Assembly: GCA_036172245.1 (NCBI GenBank)
Contig: JAYWIR010000020.1
Span: forward strand, 744,001-808,000
Source: Raillietiella orientalis
Taxonomy: Eukaryota
Length of the DNA: 64,000 bases
Direction of reading: 5' to 3'
In this document: in pieces, positions 36,069-49,338 of the stretch
How positions within the stretch are numbered: the first letter of the stretch is position 1
Layout: the number at the start of each line of letters is the position of its first letter
Translations under genes and position numbers: made by a program
The notes under the pieces: model-generated
The model's database searches: none
Told to the model about the DNA's origin: nothing
The model's input: the letters and a program-made list of their open reading frames with translations, nothing else

Positions 36069-39000
36069 GCATAACAAACGTCGGAATGCAAGGGGAGCAA
36101 AAATTCCAAGAAATCAAAGCTTATTTTATGTTACAAAGTTGGGCATGTGGAGTTTTCAGTCGGACATCTGCAGATTTTTCTTTCCTGGTGAATCAAGTCC
36201 TATCTGTTACTCTGCTCATCAGTCGTAAGCATACGTTCAGTACCGTGTCGGATGTCTCATTTGCTGAGACTTCAGTGTATCACAGCAATTTACCATTCAG
36301 GAGTACAGTTTGTACGACGCAGACGTAAGGCAACTAAAAAAAAAATGTACTTCACTTTTCGGAAAGGTCGGTGATCGTGTTGACTGAACTTACACAAACG
36401 GCACATGTGTGTGTATGTGTGTGTGTAAGGAGTCGGGTCATTGCTATTTTCATATTTTCATTTTCAGGTTAAAATGAGTTTACTCCAGAATAGCACCCAA
36501 TACGTATCGAAAATCCAAGCAAGACCTCCTAAATTCTTTTTATGAATGATGTGCTTGGAAACAGGAAGTGATTCTTATTCTTTGAACTTTTTTCGGAATT
36601 TTCAGATGACAAACGTTTCGCGGCTATGGTATTGAAATAAAAACTTTCAGAAAGCGTTTAATACAGATACAGATTTTAAATACAGATATTTTATGGATAT
36701 CTTATTGAACAAGCACTAGGTACCGAGAAGAATCAGTCCTTCCTTCAATTCATTAATACGGTTTCTCGTCATTTCTATGTAGACAAACATGTATACTTAC
36801 GAAGCCGGATTGCATTTTATATGCTTCTGCTCATTACGTATTAGCATTTCGCTAATAATCTTGATTATATCTTGGTCACTTAAAATGAGTTCCGAGCCGA
36901 GTTTGAATGAGTGCTAAATGCATTAAGAACAGTAACTGCATCTGGAGTTTTCTAATGAATACCTTCTCGTGAAACGTAATATGCAGTATCAAAGGATATT
37001 ATGGATGAAGGAAAGGAGTGCAAAGCCAAAGACACGCATTCGGAATGTAAGTTGAGCAATTGTACTCCAGTAGAATTATTCGAAAATCAGAAATCTTAAT
37101 AGAGGGAATTTGAACCACCAGAACAAGTGTCATGAATTAAAAAGTAGCGAGACATCGAAAAGATAATAAAGACGAGGCATGAAGAAATTCTAATGCAAAT
37201 AAACGGTTTTCGTGTAATTAATTGGATAAATAACTTGAAAACACTGTAGAGCTTGGATTGTTCTTATGTAGGCTGTCCGTTTCCCCAAAAACGATAACAA
37301 GAATTTCAAGTGGTAACGAAATAATACCAATAAAAAAACTACAGAAACGGCTATGAATGGCATCTCGAAACTATCCAGAACTGAAATTGCTAATATAAAA
37401 AGGCAATTCTATACAAGATTTTTTGCCCAATGCACACGCAGAAAAAAACTGTTTGATCTCAGAGTCATGTAAATAGCGAAAGCTTTATGCAGGGTCTGTA
37501 ATGACTTAAGACTCAGTTCCATGAATAATTAACAATCCTTACTTTTCCAGCTTGATATTGTTTTGAAAAAAATCACAAAAGTTGGAAATCCATCTAGAAA
37601 TCCAGACTTACTCTGAACTTGGTGGAATTTAATGAGGCAAGATTACAATACATTCAGTTGGTCTCTGAAGCATTTATAAATGTAAAATTTTTTGAAAGTC
37701 CCAATGAAAGATAATTGCAGCTTCATAGAAAGAATAACTGTAAGTCTAAGTCTTGCAGAAAACCAGAGGCACGGAAAGTGAACAGACCCTTTGTTCTTCA
37801 GGTAATGCTTTTTTTGGGTAATAACTCCACTGCATAACAACCATAAACTCATATAAAAACATTAAATCTAAATGTATCTGAATACTGAATTTTCTAAGAA
37901 TTTTTTCGGAAAAAAACAATAAGATCCTCAAAAGGATTTGTTTAAAAAAGATGAGAAGTTTCCAAAGTATCTTCACTTCTTTATCGCCAAGGTACTTTTA
38001 AGACAAATGGCATCAGTTCCATTGATTTGGAACTTTGAGATCGAAAATCAGCAAGCATTTTGAATAAGTTGCTAATATTCGCTATATAAGATTCATTACT
38101 TTTGCTCTCCTATATTATAAATCCTATATTGTGCGATGATTGATTATTTAAATCAAAAAAACGTAATCAAAATATGAAGTGATCAGATCTATGATGTCTT
38201 GTTCGCGTATTATCTTTACAGATTCATTGTGACACGAAGATACAACCGAACACATTTTTCGTAGATACGTTATGCGCTCATTAAAGTAAATATGGCTTTA
38301 GCTGCACGTTAAAGAAAATCAAGAAAAATTATCCTCGTTTGTTTTATATTGAAAATTTTTCCTTTTAAAATTCTCCCAATCCTATGGAAATTTATTCTTG
38401 AAGCATCCATGAGATGTAGAAACATTATTCTAAGAATTCGTCTGATTCTTCTAATAAGCATCCCTAGGATTTTCCGATGTTCTTCTTGGCTATGGATTAA
38501 GATGCTGCATTATCCACGTAAATTCCAAGTTTTTGGAAAAGAAAAGAAAGAAGCAGTTGCGTTACCTTAAGTGTCTGGGCAGAGTTATTTACCAATAACG
38601 GTTTACAGCGAATACCCGATATCATAATAATCCCGGCTACAGAAACTCTTGAAGATCCTCGTTTTCATTGGTATCAAATATCAACACAATCATGCATCGA
38701 AAGAAGTGTATTTGAGAGTTAGAAAATACACACATGAACAACAATAAGAAACAATGAGAAACCACCGGTGTATTACCTTGACAAAACGTAGAATGTGCTT
38801 TTTCTTAGTCGGCTTAGTGTTTCCATTGTTACTTTGTTCCCCCTTTTCTGATCAGTGATATTCCTCAAGGTATCTCGTGTGAGTGTTTGGCAGTTTCAGC
38901 ACGTGCTGCCAGAGCATCTTCGAATGGTAGCATAAAGATTCGACTCGATGGATCAGGAAAGGCAACGCTTTCATATTTAAAAAGAAGCTCAGGAAGTATG

Positions 39001-41187
39001 CGGATCTGCCAAAGTTGTGTGGAGCACGTGTTCCTTAAACTGTGAAAGATGCAAAGTTTCACAGAAGGGAACAGAAGGATTCCAAGGCGTAGGCACATTT
39101 TACAAAATCTGAGGCACTTAGATAAGGGGAGGTAAAAAACTGTGCTGTCTTGGTCTTCGGGACTTGTTTGATGTCCATTTTCTCGTAAATTGAGAGCGTT
39201 GATTTTCCAAAAATGTATTGGGTGCAAAAAATTCCATGCTTGCTAATTTAGTAAAAAAAAATGTTACGAGCATAAATGACATCAACTGTGCACAGAAGAA
39301 ATTCATTACATCCGCATCTGCATCTTACTCCGAAGTTTGCGAGAGACAAAAGCAACAGATAACCTCCGAGAACGCTAGAGCTCTCTGGAATTAAGAATGC
39401 ATGCCCAAATGTCAAGAAACAGAGTCGAACCTAATGGCAGAGGTAATAACAAACCCTCTTCAAAGAAACCTCTTCTATGAGCCACCAGATTTTAGGAATG
39501 AAAGCAGAAACTTTACAAGAGGTAGACGAAGGAGAACGAAGAAAAAGAGGGTCTGGAACATTCTTACTGCTATTCTGCTAGCTCAGCAGAAACGATCAAG
39601 ACGTCACGAAACGAAAGGGGAGCCAGTGATTTCCATCGGATTCCGTCTCAATTCCAATTCACCTTTCCTTTGGAAATGAGTGTGAAGAGGGTAAGAAAAC
39701 GATAAAAAAAAATAGATCTAAAAGAAATGGGCTGCATTTACCAACCTTGCCGGGAGAGAGCAGGGCATTTCGAGACAAAACATAAAAGAAATCGGAAGCT
39801 GTGAGTGAAGGAGTCAGAAAGAAAAAAATCTCTAAAGGAAGAGATAGATGAAGGGATTTCTGGGAAAAGTTCTTTGAATATCGGAGGAGGAGACAGGACC
39901 CCGAAAAAGATTTGAGAAGTCTTGAAGCCCTTGAAGCTTTCCAGGACGAGAGTGGTACCAACTGGGCTATAAGTCCGAAGGACGGGGAGAAGTGTCTGCA
40001 GCTACAGAACCTCAGGAATCCTTTGTGAAGGGTGTCCTTGGGAAGGTGGAAGGAAGGATGGGAGAGAAAAGCAACGGATTTCATCCGATCGTAATAGAAT
40101 AGGTGACAGACAGATGCATCTAGAGAATCTTGATGGAATTCCCAGCTGTAAAGTATCATGGAGTCATGGAGCCGCAAGATGACTTCAAAGAAGGGGAAAG
40201 GTATGAAATGCAGATCAAACACTCTTTTATCAGCGGTTTCATACAGAAACTTTGGTTATGTAATGAAAACACGGGATCTTGAGATATCTCGGAGACATGG
40301 AAGGTGCAACTATGATTAAGAACTCCGTTCACGCTTGTCTGTAATGTGAATATGAACTCTGCTCTTGAGGTGAAGCTCCATTTGGAACCCTTGGCTCTAA
40401 CCTGTGAATATCTCAGAGGGGGCAGGATAAGCCCTCATATTACTGCTCTTAGGCTAGAGTGAAAGAAAAGAACTGAGAATCCCATGTCATTTAAAAAACG
40501 TTAAGTCCTACAGAAAGAGCATCCACTGAGATAGCATGCTTATCTTTTGAAGTGCTCTTTCAGTCGGTCTCTGGCTAGCAGTCAGTGGTTTTTTTCTGTT
40601 GCCACAAGTGACCTATGTGAGAATGGAGTTCTACAATCACACACTTTAAAGTTCGCATCTTGTCGAAATCCCGAATTTTCTTTTCGCCTTCCTCTAATTT
40701 CGAATTCCTGACTTGCAAGGTAACATACAGAAATCCTGAAGCAACGAACGGGATACGGAACGAATGGAATCTGCATTCCTTTCCCCTTGTTCTTTCATTA
40801 GTACCATTGGGAATCAGCTTGCAGACTTCCACACTTTTGCTCACACGAACATCATTGGAGCGATCTCCATTCTCTACCCTCTGGCGTTTTCGCTCCCTTT
40901 TTCACCTCACTTATCTCCGATTTTCGATCCGCAGTAACGTGAAGATATATGTTTTCCCTCATTCCGCGAAGTTTCCCCCCTTTGTTTTAGTCTATGAAGG
41001 GAGAAGACTTGGGCTGCTTCAAAGCATCAAAGAAAAATTAAGAACAAAAGATTCCAAAGAAAATGTAGTCACTAGCAAATGTGAAACATGAAAGAACCTC
41101 TCGCTCAATTTGATCGCCTCAATAATAAGCAACCATGATAAAAACTACGTACAATCATAAACAAATACATAAATTTATGGTTAACAT

Positions 41188-43969
41188 TCATGAATTTATT
41201 TCCTGATCTTCATTAGAACCCCACTGTGCACCCTGCACATTATCTGCAAAAACACCATCCTCCTGTTTCCCACTTTCAGCATGTGATGGGAATAAACTTT
41301 CATAACTTGGTGGATTGTGTAAGTCATTGGTATCTTTGATAAAAGGGGAAGTTTGTGATACAGAATCTAGCTCTGGAGATGCACCTTGCTGAATTGAGAC
41401 TGGCTGCTCTGAAACTGCTTGATATGACTGTGAGCAGCACCAAATACTGATAAATGAACTCCCTATGATCAACAAGACTATCAACACCAAGCCACCAATA
41501 TGTAATGGGAGTTTCCACCCTAAAAAAATTTAAACCTCATCAACATCAACTCACAAGCATGTGTTGAATTACCTGATGTCTTCTCTGGTATTTTAACACA
41601 GTCAAGCTCATCAACACCAATATTGTCCTGACTTGAGGCACAATTGATGTGACCATCACATTGCAAATTCTTGAAAATACATCCACGATCAAGACAACGG
41701 TATTCTGTACTGGAACATTTATCTACTGCTGAAAATTCATCATACTGTGCACAAGAATTGGTACTTTTTACCATTCCTCCAAGTAGTGATGACAACTGTT
41801 AAATTTAAATATTCATCTTCCTCCTGTTCATTAATGTGCACATATATATCAAGCTTTTCAACGTAATCATTGGTGAGGTAAGCATAGGGTTGAGAATTAT
41901 TTCCAAAAGCACCACATTTTTTTCCACTTCCCTTACTGAATATGTTGCGAACAAAATCTGGCAGCAATTTCACATCTTTAGAAAACTGAGATAAATACGT
42001 GATGGTACCATAAGTAAACAACATGCTACTTAAGATAAGTCATAAAAAAATCAGTTTTTAGAATGGCGAAAAACAAATTCTTAAAATTACTAGCAGAAAT
42101 TAAGAGCACTATCCAAATGATTATTATGAAATGAAATTAAATGATTAACTGCAATTGCAAATTTATTGCTTCTAGTTTACACATTCAGTTTCTGAAAAAG
42201 TGAATAAAAAATTTGCATTGAAATGCAAAGCAGAAAATGCCATAATAATGAAGCTTTTCAAGAAGTGAATTAGGTATTTTCATTATAACAGCAAATTTAT
42301 TATCCACTAATGAATCTATTTCATTTCTGAATGAAATACCATTCATATACCAAAGGACTTGCTTAACAAAAAAAAGTTACATCTCTAGAACTTTTCGTCA
42401 ACATCTACACAATCTCATTTATTGTGCATATTTTCCCAAAAAATCCAGTCCGATTACATTTTGGCTAGTTTACTGCACAAAAAAGCAAATATACTTTGAA
42501 TACTTTGAATTCTTGATATCTGGAAATATATGAACTGAACTAATTACAATTTGCTGTCAGTCAGCTAAGAAATAATTTTCTTTGTAGAACATAAAACGTT
42601 GCTGTTCAATAATCTTTTCTATTTAATACCACTAACATGTGTTATTATCCATGCAACAAATAATTTATTAATAATGATGAATAAGAGTAGACATTATCTG
42701 ATTCTGTGGGGCCCAAGGATTTTTCATTAAATAACCGAGTGAACTCAGATCTATCATTCCGATAATGACAAAGACATCCTAACATAATTTCTTTTGCATG
42801 GCATCACTCAATAAGCCATCACATGACTTAACAATCTGTATCAACAAGAAACCTATGAAATCTTTTCCCAGATGTTTAATTGAATTTTCCATCAGGTCAT
42901 ACAAAAAAGGAGAATCATTTCAAACATGCACTTATGGTTTACAGAGCCAAGCTAATGTTTAGGATAATACTTTGTATTACAGTACAAATACAATTTATTA
43001 AATCAAAACTTTTGTTATTCTATCTCACTGCTAATTTTGTGTCTTGAATAAAAAATAAATTTCAACATAATTAACATCCAAATAACTTGAAAAGGAATTT
43101 GGTCTCCATAAAACAAACCTAGTTGAGAACCTGGAAAAACAAGTGTCTAATCCAAATCAAGAGAACAATCATTATAAACAAAGATGTCTCCCATTGCAAA
43201 TTATGACTGAATTAAAGTAAGCTTACATTTACTTTAATATAAAGAGCCTTATGCAACTGTTTAATCATTACAATTCCATCACTTCAACTTTTTACAAATG
43301 ATATGACACATTCATACTCATACCCTCACATGGTTTTCTTCATATACATCATTCTCTCAAAATTACATAATCACACAAATATTCTGTGAAAAGAAACAGC
43401 AACATAGTAATCACCAACCTGAAGGGCTTCTATATGCAAATCAAGTATTTCCAAAATAAGTATTCTCACTGTAGATTCTAGGGTTTTTAAGCTGTAAAAA
43501 AAAAAAGCGTCAGCAAACAGCACAGCCGAAACTCAGAGAGGATGTTAGCATATTTCTACACAATTTTGTTAGCCTTAGACATTTGATCCATTTACTATCC
43601 TAATACTGGGAAAAATAAACTTTCCATTTCCTATGACTGCAAACATCTTGTACATTTAGATAGTATATCTGATAGAAAATTTGGGCACTATCAATGGGAT
43701 GTTTTTGAAAAATTCTATCAAGAAAACGGAATTCCACAATAGGTACTGACCTTTACATAATCCACACAATCATTAACTGATTGGCGGAGATTCATTTCTT
43801 CAATAACAACAGAGATAAAATGCTTGTATGGTGCTATGACTTCAATGTGACACACAAATGGAACTATGATTTTTTTTGTTCTTGACAACTGTAGGATAAC
43901 TGAAGACTTATGGTCATAGTCCAAGAGTATTGGTGTATTGGGGCGGCACACAAGAACATCTAAATAATC
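41188..43969 (-). CDS. Single-pass membrane protein with CUB-like and LDL-receptor class A domains; 5' end unresolved
   Basis: Exons about 43969-43751, 41985-41772, 41728-41573, 41519-41188. CHIEVIAP...ISVVIEEMNLRQSVNDCVDYVKF...KKCG (CUB-like); CSSTEYRCLDRGCIFKNLQCDGHINC...DELDC (LDLa); hydrophobic IGGLVLIVLLIIGSSFISIWCC; cytoplasmic PPSY. A hydrophobic frame near 44065-44130 may supply the signal peptide. Confidence 0.75.
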
Positions 43970-46900
43970 TTCACAAAAAGTTTCACATATTAAATCCTGT
44001 TAACAAACAATCATGAATCAAAACATTTATATAATCAAATGAACTTTTACGATAAGCACACAACCTGAACAAATGCTACTTATAAACAACACACAATTTA
44101 TTATAACCAACCCACTATCAAAAGTGGGCTGAATAATTTTCAAAATAATGTAACATGGAGATAAACTACTACTTTCTTATAATTTTTGGAAAATACGGGT
44201 TACATAAATCATGAAGGCATAAGACTGAGTTGATAACTCGAATTCCATGCCCCCACAAAAAAATCAAATTACTTTACTTAGATATAAAACTCTTATTAAG
44301 ACATGGCCTAAATTATATGCACATGGTATTTAATGTGCATATAATCTAAGTATTAAAATCTAAGTATTACATTAACTTAAGTAATTTTGAGACACCATTT
44401 TTTATGTCGAAAAATTCCTGATAACAATTCTTACAGATCTCATACGGCAAACTGGGAGGAATCACTCCATGGAAAAAGGCTCCCAAAACAAAATACCAAA
44501 CAAATTCTTTCATTGTCGAATTTCCAACATAGTTCTCTTGCTTTGGTTATATTTCTATCGAAATCAACAGAAACTTTTCGATATCTTGTTGCACACTTAG
44601 TACACGAACGTACACCACCTTCACTTTCCATACCACGTATCTGAAACTTTATCATCGAGATTGAGGGGATAAACAGTTACGCAATTCGGACCATCAATGA
44701 GAAATCATATCCACATATGTCACGTAAATCTTTAATTTGTTTAGTTTCACCTCTTTTTTTATAAACTGATACATAGTGAATTTGATAAGTGTGAATGAAA
44801 TTATTAAACTATCTAAGCAGTTCTATTCAAAAATTAAAAAATAAAATAAAATGCGATAACCTAGCAAGCCAGAAATAATAGGAGTACATCTATAGAGGAG
44901 AACATACATTACTTGAACTCCAAATAACCAAACTTCAGTAGCTACACTTATTGTAGCTTTATTGAACTTCGCAAAAAATGAACAGTATCTAATTAATAAT
45001 TACAAAAATCTCATAGGTAATGCACAATAAAAACAAATTATCCCTGTTATTTCACTTTTTAAAGGAAATAACATTCTTCAAGACTAGAAGAAAATTTAGA
45101 TATTCTGGCTTACGATAAACAAAAATTAATGGAAATACAACAAGACTACATGTATAGTGTCTTTTTAAAATACAAGCCAAATAGCTGCAATTCTAGCATT
45201 CTAGCATCTCATATTTTTTTATAAGAAAATACAGACATGAGAAGACTGCATGAATAATTGTTAGTGTGCTAAACGATTAGAGCATTTCCAGCTGAATAAC
45301 ATTTAAGAACATAGTTGCATCAGGTGACTTTCAATGACTCTTATTGTAGCTATCTTGTGGTATTGTCCTTTTACTTTCCTTTACTGCATTTCATAAAGGT
45401 GTGTCATTCAAGCAAATCTGAGGCGAATGCATTTCCAAGAGAGTTACAATGCAAAAAGGTACGAGAAATATATTCAAAATTGAAATAAATCAGATCACTA
45501 TTATTAATCCTCTGTGTGAAATAGGGATACGGAGAATATCTTCTAAATATACACAAAATTCACTGAAATACATTAAAAATCAAAGTACACCATTAAAATA
45601 AAAGACACATTGCTGTTTGAGGGATGAGATTTCCAAATCTTCTCAGACATATACATTCTCCATGGAAATACATTGAAGGATGACAATTTTGCTGAAAATT
45701 CATCTGAAACCTCGACAGGCAAGGATTCATTTTCTATCTTGAACTTCGATAAGCCTTGACATTAAGTAATTTTGTATCATTTGCTTTCCTTATAAAACAC
45801 CGCTTTCTTTTCCAATTTCGGATAGCTAATTCCATATGTACACTAGTGGAATGCAAATTCCAAGACTTAAAATATGATTATCCAAATTCATTAATTTCAA
45901 TTATGCATATCTTCAAAATGCCATCTCTATTGTTTGCTATTAACATTTTAGATTACTGAATTTGCATTTTCAAAGAAATACACTGATTAAGCATCTTCAT
46001 GTTCAAAAAGATTGCTTATAGGTTTCTTGACAAATATAATTTTCGTCAGCCCTTTTATATATAGAATTTCATTTATCGATGTATATTTAAATCATTAATT
46101 GTTTATCGAATTGAAGTCACCAATCAGTAATTATTTTTAAGTTAGAGCACTCGATTTTAATTTATTTTTTTTTCTTATTTATCAAAGAGCATTATGGTAT
46201 CATGAAGACTTTAATGTTGAAACTTACTTTCAAAATGAACTCGTTAAACGAAATTTGAGATTACATTGCCATTAAAAAAAAATATTTTTAGAACACTTCC
46301 TAATTTTGTGGTTTTGCTTCTGGCTTTGTTTTATTAGAATAATAAAATCAGAAGCAAAAGTCAGAAAGAGAAATATATTATTAGAATAAAATGCACGTTG
46401 ATAGCGGCAGATTTCTGATGCATGCTTTCTGTATTATATTTTGGAGCAGTAAATGAATAATGGTGTAATTGGGACTTTTCGGATTTCATCATTATCCGAA
46501 TACATTATCATTATCCGATCTTTAATATGAAATTACATGAACATCTAGAATGCAAATTTAATTTTATCTTGTATTTTTAAACATCTGGAGAGTACTTTTT
46601 GAGTACCATCTTTGGGTCACTAACAATAATTCTGACTATCTATCCAGAAGTTTAATTGATAGAATTTCAGTAGGGATTTCTACATTTTTCGACACTGGCT
46701 CTACCCATGTTATTCCTTATTTGTTAGTTATTAATGTATTATAAAACGGGCATTCGTTTTCTGAGGAATACAAACGAGCAAATTCATTAAGTTAACTTTC
46801 TTGGCATCGAAAAGTTCAACGATTTTATGAAGGGAAATATGCATGTGCTGCAAAACCAAACATGGCTCTTCTTAAAGTAAAATGCAATGGTAGTTATTTT

Positions 46901-47157
46901 TTCATTATTATGTTCTGCGTATTATATCACTGTATCCGGTAATGGATTGAGATATCGTCGCAGTTGATTCATAAAGTGATTGTTGATAAGATTTCTGATT
47001 TGAACTGTAAGGGCAGTGCGTTTACGTTTATAAATTAACATTATAATTTCACAGAACTCATAAATCAGTGGAATAGGAAGAAACCCAACCAAGTTTCTTT
47101 AGCATATGATTCGGAGGCGTTTCTGAGCTTTAAACTTGTGTTTATAGTTTTATAATC

Positions 47158-47610
47158 ATGTCTATACCAATTACAGTTACACCTTGTGCATATTTAAAAA
47201 GGTCGGAAACATTTAGTGCATGCCATAGATTGCACAGTCCCCAATTAGATGATGATGCAAACAGGTCACTCTACGGAAAGTGTAATAATCCAAATGGTCA
47301 TGGCCATAATTATAAAGTTGAAGTAACGTTATTTGGATCAGTTGACCCATCAACTGGAATGGTCATGAATATATCAGAATTGAAATTGTGTATGCACAAA
47401 TGCATTAATGCCATTTTTGATCACAAAAATATAGACAAAGATATTGAGCATTTTCATCAACGTGTGTCAACCACTGAAAATATTGCTGTCTTTATTTGGG
47501 ATTCTCTTTCAGAATGTTTACCAAATAAGCAACTGTTGCATAAAGTTAAAGTATTTGAAACAGAAAAGAACTCTGTGTCTTATAAAGGAGAAAAAAGTGA
47601 TATGTTTTAA
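47158..47610 (+). CDS. PTS: 6-pyruvoyl tetrahydropterin synthase, intronless, 150 aa
   Basis: FSACHRLHS, YGKCNNPNGHGHNYKVEV, GMVMNI, DHKNID, STTENIAVFIW, ETEKN: the zinc-binding His residues, catalytic Cys and conserved Glu motifs are present. Confidence 0.95.
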   Translation: MSIPITVTPCAYLKRSETFSACHRLHSPQLDDDANRSLYGKCNNPNGHGHNYKVEVTLFGSVDPSTGMVMNISELKLCMHKCINAIFDHKNIDKDIEHFHQRVSTTENIAVFIWDSLSECLPNKQLLHKVKVFETEKNSVSYKGEKSDMF

Positions 47611-47655
47611 AAGAATGATCTGTTTGTTTGTTGTAGTGATAAGCAGAAGAGCTGA

Positions 47656-47661
47656 AATAAA
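47656..47661 (+). promoter_or_regulatory. Poly(A) signal of PTS
   Basis: AATAAA 45 nt after the PTS stop and 39 nt before the DDX47 ATG. Confidence 0.5.
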
Positions 47662-47700
47662 ATTTGTTTAAATTGCTTTACATCATTTATTTGAAGAAAG

Positions 47701-49338
47701 ATGGATTTAGAAGTGAGTCCTGCAATATTAGAAGATAAGGAACAGGTCTTGGGTACTTCTGAGAATGATTCTATTGTTACTTTTAAGTCACTGGTTAGTA
47801 TGCATTCTCAGTTGTATAAAAATCTTGGAAGATAGGGTGTTGTAGATGTATTATGTGAGGCATGTGCCAGACTTAACTGGAAAAGACCAACAAAAATCCA
47901 GGTTGCTGCATTACCTTTGGCTTTACAAGGTGAAAAGTGTGAAAGGAAAAGTGATATAAATGATCCTTTCTAAAGGTCGGGATATTATTGGTTTGGCTGA
48001 AACAGGATCTGGAAAAACAGGAGCCTTTGCATTGCCTATTTTACAAGCTTTGTTGCAATGCCCTCAGCGTTTGTTTGCTCTTGTACTGACACCAACAAGA
48101 GAACTAGCATATCAGATTTGTGAGCAGTTTGAAGCCCTAGGTAACAGTCAGTACATATACTTGTGTGTAATTTTGCATAGGATCAGCAATTGGTGTGAAA
48201 TGTGGGGTAATTGTAGGAGGCATTGACATGATGACACAAGCAATTGTTTTGGCCAAAAAGCCACATGTCATTATAGCAACACCAGGCAGACTTGTGGATC
48301 ATCTCTTACATACCAAAGGTTTTAATTTGAAAGCTTTAAAATACTTGGTGAGGCTGCTTATGGGGATTGAAAGACTTTCTGCTGAAGGTATTAGATGAGG
48401 CGGACCGCATTCTTAACATGGATTTTGAAGAAGAAGTAGATAAGATCTTACGTGCAATTCCACGAGAGCGATGTACTTACCTTTTCTCTGCTACAATGAC
48501 TCATAAGGTGCAGAAATTGCAAAGAGCTTCCTTAAAGGATCCAGCTAAAGTTGAAGTATCATCCAAATATCAGACTGTGGAAAAACTACAACAGTTTTAT
48601 CTCTTCATTCCACTTAAATTTAAGGTACAGTACAAAGTGCAGTTGCTTAACTCTGATATTGCTGTTAAGGATCTTTATTTAGTGTATGTCCTTAATGATT
48701 TACAGAGCAAATCATGTATTATTTTTTGTGCTACATGTGTTAACACATTGCGAGTAGCTCTTATGTTACGCAATCTGGGCTTTCAAGCCCTACCCCTCCA
48801 TGGACAAATGTCTCAGAACAAACGACTTGGAGCATTGAATAAATTCAAGGCTAAAGATCGGTGTATTCTGCTAGCAACAGATGTTGCCAGCAGAGGACTT
48901 GATATTCCACATGTAGATGTTGTGATTAATATGGATATTCCAACACACAGCAAGAATTATATTCATCGTGTAGGCCGTACAGCTAGAGCAGGTCGTGCCG
49001 GTGTAGCCATTACCATGGTGACCCAGTATGATGTAGAATTGTATCAACGTATTGAGCATCTTTTAGGATTTCAGTTGCCACTTTATGAAACACATGAAGA
49101 GGAAGTTATGGTGTTGGCAGAGCGAGTGGCAGAAGCACAGCGGGTGGCCAAAATGGTTTGTGAAAATACATGGATATCAGGAGAGAATAATAATTTTATA
49201 TCTATATAGGAAATGAAAGACTTGGAAGATAAGAAGGAGATACATCGGAAAAGAAAGCAATTAAAGGAAGACATGGATGACACAGAAGAAGCAAGAGGAG
49301 TGCGTAATCACATCAAAGGAAAAAGGCGAAAAAAATGA
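47701..49338 (+). CDS. DDX47: DEAD-box RNA helicase DDX47/Rrp3
   Basis: Exons 47701-47793, 47836-47929, 47976-48140, 48181-48347, 48388-48624, 48670-49155, 49210-49338. Q motif TFKSLGV...[62 protein letters not shown], and the Rrp3-type tail [16 protein letters not shown] at 49419-49424. Confidence 0.95.
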
